A DNA stretch of 63,466 nt, filler included, from Octopus bimaculoides (taxonomy: Eukaryota): the NCBI RefSeq assembly GCF_001194135.2. It is 5 parts of 4 records of this genome, joined end to end, with 100 filler letters (N's around TTAATTAATTAA, not from the genome) between each part and the next. Parts side by side here need not be neighbours in the genome. Positions count along the whole stretch, not along the records: positions 50,419 to 59,889 come from NC_068990.1; positions 59,990 to 63,466 come from NC_068981.1; 3 more parts are not named here. The stretch is one strand, 5' to 3'. Every line of letters starts with the position of its first letter. Position 1 is the first letter of the stretch. The position numbers and the translations under genes were made by a program. Shown piece after piece: positions 51,791-63,466 of this stretch. Below the pieces are notes generated by a model. That model was not told the DNA's origin, did no database searches, and saw only the letters and a list, made by a program, of their open reading frames with translations.

Positions 51791-53549
51791 ATACAACAAC
51801 ACCACGTTTTATCCTTCAGCCATTATCTCTACAACTCGACGACCCCTTAACTCCACCCCCCATGTCCGACCTCTACCTCCCCCCTCTTATGAATATACCC
51901 CGATTCCCTTCCTCATCGGCAATTGTTATCATGGTCTGCACCTTGATTACGACCGCAACGCACCACCACCCTCCACCACTCACGCAACAACAACAACAAC
52001 AACAGCAAAAACAAAAACTACTACTACTACTACTACATCCACCNNNNNNNNNNNNNNNNNNNCAACAATGATAACAACAATGACGAGAACAACAAGAGCA
52101 ACAACAACTACACTACTACCACCGCAACCACCACCACCACCACCACCACTCCTACTACTACTGCTGCTACTACTTTTAAATTCTCCCGCCACCCCCACTT
52201 CTAACGCTCATCACTCGCATCACTTTCATTCACGCCTATATACACACACATACTCACTCACATATCCTCAACCTCATTTATATATTCACACAAATACACA
52301 CACATTCGCACCCCCACCACCACCACCACTTGCGCATAAACCCGGGCGCATACACAGACACACACACATATACACACACATTCGCCCCCCCCTTACTCTT
52401 AAACACACACGCAGACACACATATGCTCACACGCGCTCACCAACACACACGCATAAACTCTCTGTCTGCCACACACACTCTCTCATACTCACGAGCGAAT
52501 TCACACACATGCACACACTCCCACACACGCACTTCCAAACGCGCGCGCACATACACTCATATACTCACACGCACTTACCTTCACACACATACACAAATAC
52601 GCACACATACACACACACACACTCATTCTCTTTCGCTCTCTAGCACACACACACACACACACACACATACTCATTCTCTTTCGCTCTCTCGCACACGCAC
52701 ACACATACACATACACACAAACTCTCTCTCACGCACATACTCATAAACACGCACCTATACACACGCACAGTCATCGATAAACAGGCACACACGCACTCAC
52801 ACATACATATTTACTTACACACGTACACCTCTCCCCTNNNNNNNNNNNNNNNNNNNNNNNNNNNNNNNNNNNNNNNNNNNNNNNNNNNNNNNNNNNNNNN
52901 NNNNNNNNNNNNNNNNNNNNNNNNNNNNNNNNNNNNNNNNNNNNNNNNNNNNNNNNNNNNNNNNNNNNNNNNNNNNNNNNNNNNNNNNNNNNNNNNNNNN
53001 NNNNNNNNNNNNNNNNNNNNNNNNNNNNNNNNNNNNNNNNNNNNNNNNNNNNNNNNNNNNNNNNNNNNNNNNNNNNNNNNNNNNNNNNNNNNNNNNNNNN
53101 NNNNNNNNNNNNNNNNNNNNNNNNNNNNNNNNNNNNNNNNNNNNNNNNNNNNNNNNNNNNNNNNNNNNNNNNNNNNNNNNNNNNNNNNNNNNNNNNNNNN
53201 NNNNNNNNNNNNNNNNNNNNNNNNNNNNNNNNNNNNNNNNNNNNNNNNNNNNNNNNNNNNNNNNNNNNNNNNNNNNNNNNNNNNNNNNNNNNNNNNNNNN
53301 NNNNNNNNNNNNNNNNNNNNNNNNNNNNNNNNNNNNNNNNNNNNNNNNNNNNNNNNNNNNNNNNNNNNNNNNNNNNNNNNNNNNNNNNNNTACCTATCTG
53401 TCTGTCTGTCTATCTGTTTGTCTGTCTGTCTATCTGTCTGTCTGTCTGTGTGTCGGTCTGTTTACCTTCCTCCCGATCCCCACCAACATATCTCCATACC
53501 TACCTATCACCTTACCTGTCTATCTACTTACCTACCTACCTATCTATCC

Positions 53550-53590
<41 letters not shown>

Positions 53591-53614
53591 CCAACATATC
53601 TACCTAACATATAC

Positions 53615-53673
<59 letters not shown>

Positions 53674-54436
53674 ATGTACACGAATTGTTCATGAGTGTAT
53701 ACACACTCACACACGCACGCAAGTATATTTACAAAATTAAGCTGTTTCCGTCTACTTTCACTTTCCCTTTCTATTAATTTCGTCTTCGTTTCTTCGTCTT
53801 TTATTCCGATTGTTACGTTTATTTATCTATCTTTCATCGTTCTTTCACTATCTTTTCTCCCTCCTTTCCTTTCTTCATTCATTCATTTATTCGTTCCTTT
53901 CATTTTTTTTTTCACTCTTTATTTCCTTATTATCAGAATTTATATATATATAAAAAAAAAAAGATAACTCTCCCAAAAACAAAAGCATTTTTCGTTCATT
54001 TTGTTTTTATTTTTACGTTTCTTATATCTTATTGTTGCTGTTGTTTACACCAGCTCAATAGCTCTGATCGAGCAGATCTGTGATCAAAACCGTTCCCATC
54101 GTGGCCAACTATTCTCATACCATTTTAGGAGTGTATAGAACTGCAACATCGAATGTGTTCTTCCTTGTAAAAAGCAGAACAAAACAAAAGGAGAACAAAA
54201 AGCACAAGAGCGTGACTGATTACAGAAATTTGGCTGCTCTTTCTAACAAGTTGATTAACCACATAAAGGCATAGTTGGTTTACGCTAGCGCTGTTATTTA
54301 CATACATACATACGTACGTACATACATACATACATACATAATACATATATATATACATTTACATATATAAACATATAGATATGCACATCCGTACTTACAT
54401 ATAAACGTACATACATATACACATTTTTACATACTT

Positions 54437-54487
<51 letters not shown>

Positions 54488-54879
54488 TATATACACATAT
54501 ACGCATAAATACATCTATACACACACTCACGCACACACATATACACATATACATATACATACATACATATATATACTCCCTCGCTCCAACTTTTGGTCAT
54601 AGTGTCTTCTTTACATCAATAATTTTAAAAAAAAATCTAGTGAGAAAATAAAAGAATTCGAACTTAGATACAAGACACCAAATTTTAGGGGCAGTTATAC
54701 AGTCTCTTATGACGAACCCTGTAATTGTTTGATACTTATTCAAGCTCCCTCTAAGTCTAACCCCTACAGCAGACTCCGGCAGGATTTGAATTCGTAACGT
54801 AAAAGGGCACTAATTTATTTTGTAAACATTGACAAAAGGATTATAAATTTCACAGAAACATCACACATATCGTTCATCC

Positions 54880-54923
<44 letters not shown>

Positions 54924-55780
54924 GTACATTTATAATTTAGTATATGCTGTTTGGTTCCTTCCTCTCACCTTCCCCAATTCCTCGTTAAGGTTTTTGTTTT
55001 CGTTTCTTCCTTCTTTTTCTTCTTCCGCTCGCTACTAGTTTCTTCTCCCTCCCCTGCACATTACCCTCAAACCACCACCACCACCACTACCACTACCACC
55101 ACCACTNNNNNNNNNNNNNNNNNNNNNNNNNNNNNNNNNNNNNNNNNNNNNNNNNNNNNNNNNNNNNNNNNNNNNNNNNNNNNNNNNNNNNNNNNNNNNN
55201 NNNNNNNNNNNNNNNNNNNNNNNNNNNNNNNNNNNNNNNNNNNNNNNNNNNNNNNNNNNNNNNNNNNNNNNNNNNNNNNNNNNNNNNNNNNNNNNNNNNN
55301 NNNNNNNNNNNNNNNNNNNNNNNNNNNNNNNNNNNNNNNNNNNNNNNNNNNNNNNNNNNNNNNNNNNNNNNNNNNNNNNNNNNNNNNNNNNNNNNNNNNN
55401 NNNNNNNNNNNNNNNNNNNNNNNNNNNNNNNNNNNNNNNNNNNNNNNNNNNNNNNNNNNNNNNNNNNNNNNNNNNNNNNNNNNNNNNNNNNNNNNNNNNN
55501 NNNNNNNNNNNNNNNNNNNNNNNNNNNNNNNNNNNNNNNNNNNNNNNNNNNNNNNNNNNNNNNNNNNNNNNNNNNNNNNNNNNNNNNNNNNNNNNNNNNN
55601 NNNNNNNNNNNNNNNNNNNNNNNNNNNNNNNNNNNNNNNNNNNNNNNNNNNNNNNNNNNNNNNNNNNNNNNNNNNNNNNNNNNNNNNNNNNNNNNNNNNN
55701 NNNNNNNNNNNNNNNNNNNATATATATATATATATATATATATACATACATATACACACACACACACACACATGTTTGGG

Positions 55781-55849
55781 GTCCGTGAAGGAAACCTGAT
55801 AGTTTTTAAGTGAATATACTTTAAAAACCAGTAAGTTTCCTTGTTGGAC
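55781..55849 (+). other. 69-nt imperfect hairpin, pre-miRNA-like geometry
   Basis: gtcc/ggac, aaggaaac/gtttcctt, gtttttaa/ttaaaaac, about 29-bp stem with G-U pairs and small internal loops. Confidence 0.4.
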
Positions 55850-56070
55850 GCTATATACACATACATACATACATACATACATACATACATACATACACAC
55901 ACACATACATAGACACATACATACATACATACACGCATACAAAGAAACATATATACATGCATACATACACATAAACATATATTCATTCATTTATATAAAT
56001 ACATATACATACAGCTACATATTAATGAAAATGTGCGTGTGCGTGTGTGCGCGCGCGCGTGTGTGTGCAG

Positions 56071-56172
56071 ATATTTTTATTGATATTGAGCAGAAGTAAC
56101 AGAGTGGCTCAAGGGCCAAGCTCTCGGCCCTTGGGTCACTCTGTTCATTCTGCTAAATATTAATAAAAATAT
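56071..56172. repeat. 102-nt near-perfect foldback (47-nt arms, 8-nt loop); MITE-like or hairpin RNA
   Basis: atatttttattgatattgagcagaagtaacagagtggctcaagggcc / ggcccttgggtcactctgttcattctgctaaatattaataaaaatat. Confidence 0.8.
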
Positions 56173-56222
56173 ACATATACTCATATTTTGAGTTCTATTT
56201 TTTCCTGTTTGCACCAACATAC

Positions 56223-56262
<40 letters not shown>

Positions 56263-58549
56263 NNNNNNNNNNNNNNNNNNNNNNNNNNNNNNNNNNNNNN
56301 NNNNNNNNNNNNNNNNNNNNNNNNNNNNNNNNNNNNNNNNNNNNNNNNNNNNNNNNNNNNNNNNNNNNNNNNNNNNNNNNNNNNNNNNNNNNNNNNNNNN
56401 NNNNNNNNNNNNNNNNNNNNNNNNNNNNNNNNNNNNNNNNNNNNNNNNNNNNNNNNNNNNNNNNNNNNNNNNNNNNNNNNNNNNNNNNNNNNNNNNNNNN
56501 NNNNNNNNNNNNNNNNNNNNNNNNNNNNNNNNNNNNNNNNNNNNNNNNNNNNNNNNNNNNNNNNNNNNNNNNNNNNNNNNNNNNNNNNNNNNNNNNNNNN
56601 NNNNNNNNNNNNNNNNNNNNNNNNNNNNNNNNNNNNNNNNNNNNNNNNNNNNNNNNNNNNNNNNNNNNNNNNNNNNNNNNNNNNNNNNNNNNNNNNNNNN
56701 NNNNNNNNNNNNNNNNNNNNNNNNNNNNNNNNNNNNNNNNNNNNNNNNNNNNNNNNNNNNNNNNNNNNNNNNNNNNNNNNNNNNNNNNNNNNNNNNNNNN
56801 NNNNNNNNNNNNNNNNNNNNNNNNNNNNNNNNNNNNNNNNNNNNNNNNNNNNNNNNNNNNNNNNNNNNNNNNNNNNNNNNNNNNNNNNNNNNNNNNNNNN
56901 NNNNNNNNNNNNNNNNNNNNNNNNNNNNNNNNNNNNNNNNNNNNNNNNNNNNNNNNNNNNNNNNNNNNNNNNNNNNNNNNNNNNNNNNNNNNNNNNNNNN
57001 NNNNNNNNNNNNNNNNNNNNNNNNNNNNNNNNNNNNNNNNNNNNNNNNNNNNNNNNNNNNNNNNNNNNNNNNNNNNNNNNNNNNNNNNNNNNNNNNNNNN
57101 NNNNNNNNNNNNNNNNNNNNNNNNNNNNNNNNNNNNNNNNNNNNNNNNNNNNNNNNNNNNNNNNNNNNNNNNNNNNNNNNNNNNNNNNNNNNNNNNNNNN
57201 NNNNNNNNNNNNNNNNNNNNNNNNNNNNNNNNNNNNNNNNNNNNNNNNNNNNNNNNNNNNGTGTTGGTGGTGGTGGTGCTTGTGTTGGTGTTTTTGGTGA
57301 TGATGGTGGTGGTGGTGGTGGTGGTTGTTTGTGGTAGTGGTGGTGGTGGTGGTAGTGGCAGTCGTGGTGGTAGTGGTAGTCGTGGTGGTAGTGATGGTGA
57401 TAGCTTTGGTTGTGGTTGCGGTGATGATGGTTGCGGTGATGATGGTTGTGACGGTGGTGCTAGTAGTAGTGGTGGTGGTGATGGTGGTGGTTGTAGTTGT
57501 GATGATGGTGGTGGTGGTGGTAGTAGTCGTGGTGGTGGTGGTGGTGGTGTTTAAGTTCGGTCAAACCTGATCGAGCAGACTTGAGTACCTAACCGGAAGT
57601 ATCTAGAAGTAAGCAGGACAACCCTTACTCTAAACTCTATTTGAGGACAGCGAGGTGTAATGTGGAGGACCCTTGGCTGCTGTTTCTAGGCTCTGAGAGC
57701 GTTGTTGTTATTATTGTTATCATCTAGTCTCAGCTTAATCTTCACCAAAGCCATTCCAACCTTACCCATCTCGCTTTATCTTAAGCGAATGATACCCAGG
57801 TCACATTATTTAACGTGTACATTTTAAAAACGATGGGTTGTCATTTGATGGCAATTTAACTGCTACTTCCAGCAGACTTAGGGATACGGCTGCGGCACCT
57901 TCACTAGCTCCATACAGACCCCAAAAACGTTTGAAGCAGAGGTGTTCGTTGGTGTGGTGTTGGTGATGCATTTGGTTTTGGCGGATGTGATTTATAGTAC
58001 TACATAAAATGCTAGCTTGCTAGACTAAGCCGGATTAAATGTCTTCATCCCGTTTGTTATGTCCCTTTCCGTTCCAATTTCAAAACCTGTTGCTATCGAT
58101 TGTGGCTTTGCACTCTGCGGGGTTGTTCAACTAGGTCACTGTTACACGGTTCTAATCGTTTCAATCGCAAACATCCGTCCTTTATGTGCTCTTTTTATCG
58201 AGTGGCTCCGGCGAAAGACGCTGTGCCATAGTAGACAAGATTGAATGGAATCGAATGAAGTCAGATATTTTTCTATTCAAGTCCCACTTTAACAGGAAAG
58301 TGAGACCAAGAGAAAGAGATGTTATCCTCCTGTAAATTTATAAGTTCTGAACTTAGCCTGACCGAATGAACCAAATCTCGCCATGCGTTTGTAGGTCGGA
58401 AGGATCAACAGAAAGAAGGGTACTTGCTCTTGCTAATCATAATGCCCTACGATGTGTGGGTCTCTATGATTGGTTCCATGCAGCAGTCCTCTATTCTTGG
58501 GACTTTATCATACGTTTGTATACTGTGTGCACCTATTTGTCTCATTTTC

Positions 58550-58720
58550 TTCTTTTTCTTTCTCCACTGCTCTTTGGATTTTTCAGAATAGAGGGCTGCA
58601 CTTTTTTGCAAGTGTTCAATGTGAATCTGAGTTCCAATAATCTTCAGCCTCTTTGGGCCCATCACACTCCTATTATTATTTTGAGAACATTTTCTCCTAA
58701 TTGCTGCAAATGTATTTGGA
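58550..58720 (-). mobile_element. Decayed RLE LINE C-terminal fragment
   Basis: KIIIGV..PKRLKIIGTQIHIEHLQKSAALYS aligns with IGAAIRVEHLQKTALLG of the 46511 copy. Confidence 0.6.
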
Positions 58721-59142
58721 TCACAACCAGGTTCATCTGCTGCACGGTGAGACACTTCCCATGTAAAAGACCTTTACTCGGGGTCCGTTCTCATCAACGT
58801 ATTTGGCATAACAAGGGCTGTGATGTTGAAGGATCACAACAACCGGTATTTTTATCGAGACACTCTCTAATGGAATGACAACCAAGGTTAAAGAGTCTAG
58901 TTCCCATAAAGAGATCAGTTCGCCAGGCAAAATGCTTAGCGGTTTTCCGCCGAGGTCAACTTTGCCTTTCATTCTTTCGGGGACGATTAAATAAGTACCT
59001 GTGACGCACTGGGGTCGATGTAATCGACTTAATCCCTTTGTCTGTCTTTGTTTGTCTCCTCTATGTTTAACCCCCTGTGGACAATAAAGAAATAAATATG
59101 ACCGACAAAGAATCCAGTAAAATTATGATTTATTTTACTATA

Positions 59143-59550
59143 TAAGTGCAGGAGTGGCTGAGTGGTAAGTAACTTGCTAACCAACTACATTGTTTCTGGT
59201 TCAGTCCCACTGCGTAGCACCTTGGGCAAGTGTCTTCTACCATAGCCTCGGGCGGACCAAAGCTTTGTGAGTGGATTTGGTAGATGGAAACTGAAAGAAG
59301 CCCGTCGTATATATGTATATATATATATATATGTGTGTTTGTGTGTCTGTGTTTGTACCCCCATCATCGCTTGACAACCGATACTGGTGTGTTTCCGTTC
59401 CCGTAACTTAGCGGTTCGGCAAAAAGAGACCGATGGAATAAGTACTAGGCTTCCAAAGAATAAGTCCTGGGGTCGATTTGCTCGACTAAAGACGGTGCTC
59501 CAGCATGGCCGCAGTCAAATGACTGAAACAAGTAAAAGAGTAAAAAGAGA
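59143..59550 (+). mobile_element. SINE family A, full length
   Basis: Colinear with 21460-21897. Confidence 0.85.
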
Positions 59551-59597
59551 ATATTTTCATCCCAAATTTACATAATTTTGTGGTGATGTTGAGAACA

Positions 59598-59660
<63 letters not shown>

Positions 59661-59989
59661 TGTTATTAAGCTGTTGCGTTTGTCGTATTTTATAATGAAT
59701 TCCTATTCGGCGACGATTTGCACTTCGTTTGAATCTAGTAATATTACATTCCTTAGGATAATAATTGCCATAGTTATGCATACATTCATTTAACTGCAGT
59801 TACGTCACCTAGAGTGCAAAGGCTGAACAGAAATTAATATAATCCTTTCGTTGGTCTAGTTGTTGATGCTATTATTTGCTGTAGTTTTTNNNNNNNNNNN
59901 NNNNNNNNNNNNNNNNNNNNNNNNNNNNNNNNNTTAATTAATTAANNNNNNNNNNNNNNNNNNNNNNNNNNNNNNNNNNNNNNNNNNNN

Positions 59990-60044
<55 letters not shown>

Positions 60045-61320
60045 GAGAGAGAGAGAGCGGGGATAGAATACATACGTGCACACGTGCATTCATGGATATA
60101 TGCACACATAGAAAAATATACATAAGCGTCTGTATATTTATTTTATTAATATTGAAGAGAAGAAGTGTACTTCAAGAACCGGGAATTTCGTGTTAGCACT
60201 TACCAAACTAACGCACAAAACACCCGGCTTTTAAGTCAATCTGTTGCATCCACTACATCTTAATAAAATATATATATATAATCTATTTTTTTTGAGTTCT
60301 TGCATCACCAAACCTGTATATATTTGTATATTCATATTCATTGAAATATTTGGAAGTCCCAATGTCGTATTAATTCGTAGATGTCCTCTTGTAACATGTC
60401 ATTTTTGTCGTGCGTTATTACACTTGGCAAGAAAGCGTCAAACTGACATAACCGTTAGCATGCAAGGCAGAGTACAGAGTGGTATTTCGTCCGCCTTTAA
60501 TTTGCCTTTCATGCTGTCGAGATCAATAAAATAATCACCAGTTAAGTACTAGGGTCGATGTAACCGGCTTACCCGCTCTCCCTAACATGGTGGCTTTGTG
60601 CAAAAATTTTAAACCTTTATTACACCAGGCGAACTTTATCTTACTTACACTAATATCTTACAAAAAACGTAATATACTTAAGTGTGAAGTATAAAATGCG
60701 TAAATCATTCAACGGCGCCGAAAGGACGAGAGGAAGCGGTGAAGTTCAACACATAGCCTCCATTAACGTTGTAATAAGCTTTGTGCGACGCGATAACGAA
60801 TACTCCGATCTTCCGCCACAAAATAATTTTTTTTCTATTAGTATATCCACTTGTATGAGTGTGTATATGTTCGAAAATGCATTAATGACATTATATATAT
60901 ATNNNNNNNNNNNNNNNNNNNNNNNNNNNNNNNNNNNNNNNNNNNNNNNNNNNNNNNNNNNNNNNNNNNNNNNNNNNNNNNNNNNNNNNNNNNNNNNNNN
61001 NNNNNNNNNNNNNNNNNNNNNNNNNNNNNNNNNNNNNNNNNNNNNNNNNNNNNNNNNNNNNNNNNNNNNNNNNNNNNNNNNNNNNNNNNNNNNNNNNNNN
61101 NNNNNNNNNNNNNNNNNNNNNNNNNNNNNNNNNNNNNNNNNNNNNNNNNNNNNNNNNNNNNNNNNNNNNNNNNNNNNNNNNNNNNNNNNNNNNNNNNNNN
61201 NNNNNNNNNNNNNNNNNNNNNNNNNNNNNNNNNNNNNNNNNNNNNNNNNNNNNNNNNNNNNNNNNNNNNNNNNNNNNNNNNNNNNNNNNNNNNNNNNNNN
61301 NNNNNNNNNNNNNNNNNNNN

Positions 61321-61372
<52 letters not shown>

Positions 61373-62780
61373 ACATTAATACATATATACTCACACTCAT
61401 ATGCAAATATTATTTGACACGAGTATGATGCACATGAAATTTGAAATGATTCCTTATTTTCTTGAAATCCCTTCCTTAAATTACTCTAATTATGTTTATA
61501 TTGACACGTACGCGCGCCCATGTATGTTCCACTGTTTTTTTACATAAGCATAAGCATACATATACACACGCTGATAGATACACTAATATGTTTGTATATA
61601 TGCGCTTGTATGTGTGTGTATACATAAGTATAGAAACAGACACACACTCACACACACTCACACACAGAGTTATGTATGCATGTAAGTGCTTACGCACGTA
61701 TTATTCACTTGCATATATATTTCTATATTTGTACTTGAAATGCATTATGTGCGGTTTTCTTTTCGTAGAATTTCAGCTTTAAAAAGCTATATATATGTAT
61801 GTATGTATGTGTATGCGTTGGTGTATGTGTGTGTTCGTGTGTTTGTGTGTGCGTGTGCGTGTGTGTATATACACGCAAACATATATATATATATATATAT
61901 AGATATACAGAGAAGAGAGAGAGGGAGTGAGATGTGTGTGTATGTATATTAAACATACATGAACATGTATATACGTCTCTCTGTTTATGATGGTGTCCTT
62001 AGCATAACATTGCTTCGGGTTCAGAAATTCCCCAGATGTATAATTTGTTTGGATATGGAAATTCCTGATTATATTCTATAGTGGACTGTAACTGCGTTAA
62101 ATCTCTTCTGATGGCTAATTACTATCACCTGTATGACACACTTTAGTAGTGACCAAAGGGCAGCCAGAAAGATCTATATGATTATTCTTCTTTCTTGATC
62201 AATAAACTTCATTGTAACACGAACCCTAACAAACTTATATCATGTGTATATTTAATTATAAAGGAAAAACTTGTTAATTTTAAGCTATTATTTTCTATGC
62301 GTATCTTCCTTATAAACACTAGAAAAATTTAGATGTTTGTTCAGAGAAGCATTATTTTATAAAAACTGTCATTCTTTATTTTATGTGAAATCTCAACTTT
62401 ATTCTCGAATATTTTCAGATTTCGATTTTGTTTATGTTAGTGTAGAAACGTAACATTACGAGGAATGTTACGTTACGATAAAGTCTGTAATCATAGTGAT
62501 ATTTACTAGACAAATTGTAAAATATTTAAATATGACGAGGTATATTGTACACGCTGAGATAATTTGTTCATGTGTTAATATACATACATACAAACATACA
62601 TGCACGCATATATATATATATATANNNNNNNNNNNNNNNNNNNNNNNNNNNNNNNNNNNNNNNNNNNNNNNNNNNNNNNNNNNNNNNNNNNNNNNNNNNN
62701 NNNNNNNNNNNNNNNNNNNNNNNNNNNNTATATATACACATATATATATATATATACATATGTATATATATATGCTTATC

Positions 62781-62838
<58 letters not shown>

Positions 62839-62849
62839 TATGTATACAT

Positions 62850-63357
62850 ATTCTTTTATTTCCTTCAGTCATTTGACTGCCGCCATGCTGGAGCACGGCC
62901 TTTGGTCGAACATATCAACATTAGGGCTTAGTGTTTGTAAGCCTCACACTAATTCTATGGGTCACATTTGCCCAAACGCTAAGTTACGGGACATAAACAA
63001 ACTAGCAGCAGTTGTCAAGCGATAGTGGGGGTACAAACACAGACATACAAACATATACATACATGGATACATATATACAAAATACTTACATACATACATA
63101 CATATATACATACATACATACACACATTCATATATACATACTTACATACATACATACGGATATATATATATACATGTATATTTGTGTGTATGTGTCTGTG
63201 TATATATATATATATACCACGAGCTTCTTTCAGTTTCTGTCTATCAAATCGACAAACACAAGGCATTAGTCGGTCTGAAATGCCAAGCAGTGGAACTGAA
63301 ACCGGAACTATGTGGTTGAGAAGGAAGCTTCTTACCACACAGCCACACCTACACCTA
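62850..63357 (-). mobile_element. SINE family A with expanded internal TA/TACA tract
   Basis: Tail at 62850, head (cttaccacacagccacac) at about 63350. Confidence 0.8.
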
Positions 63358-63371
63358 TATATATGTATACA

Positions 63372-63409
<38 letters not shown>

Positions 63410-63429
63410 TGTGTGTGTTTATGGGTCTA

Positions 63430-63466
<37 letters not shown>

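Noticed and set aside
51091-52071. 326-aa poly-Asp ORF resembling acidic biomineralisation proteins, and the antisense poly-His ORF
   Set aside because: It is a compound GAT/GGT microsatellite that is open in five of six frames by composition; no signal peptide or splice signals; similar arrays recur at 31.6, 45 and 57.3 kb.
58366-58878. 170-aa plus-strand ORF
   Set aside because: Antisense to a decayed RLE LINE fragment; no protein-like features.
60700-60830. CpG-rich patch with GAAA and small hairpins
   Set aside because: No ribozyme core, splice pair or ORF support; could be regulatory but nothing specific can be claimed.
4082-63338. Numerous [12 protein letters not shown] and X-filled ORFs in the ORF track
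   Set aside because: Translations of dinucleotide microsatellites and N gaps.

Overview
AT-rich, microsatellite- and gap-ridden eukaryotic DNA. The SINE/LINE repertoire and repeat density suggest an octopus/cephalopod draft assembly; this is inferred from recall, not from a database search. It is not one contiguous locus: four identical 100-bp linkers (44 N + TTAATTAATTAA + 44 N) join five pieces (1-30731, 30832-47833, 47934-50318, 50419-59889, 59990-63466). Almost all ORFs in the supplied track are microsatellite or N-gap artefacts. Most recognisable sequence is decayed mobile DNA: several tRNA-derived SINE families, three mariner remnants plus a mariner MITE, restriction-like-endonuclease (R4/Dong-like) LINE 3' ends, Tx1/L1-like and CR1-like LINE ends, a Gypsy pol/3' LTR fragment, a Helitron with helicase remnants, and foldback elements. 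Two signals stand out. (1) Two homologous plus-strand 3' exons 7 kb apart (VQQEIYQGWQRYQL... and VQNEIYKMWQRSQL...) match the helix-8 terminal exon of secretin-family (class B1) GPCRs and differ mostly at synonymous sites. This suggests one receptor with alternative short and long cytoplasmic tails made by terminal-exon duplication. (2) A 260-bp foldback at 3603-3866 has a minimal type I hammerhead ribozyme core in each arm, one per strand. Two short hairpins near 55.8-56.2 kb and a few exon-like islands are weaker leads.
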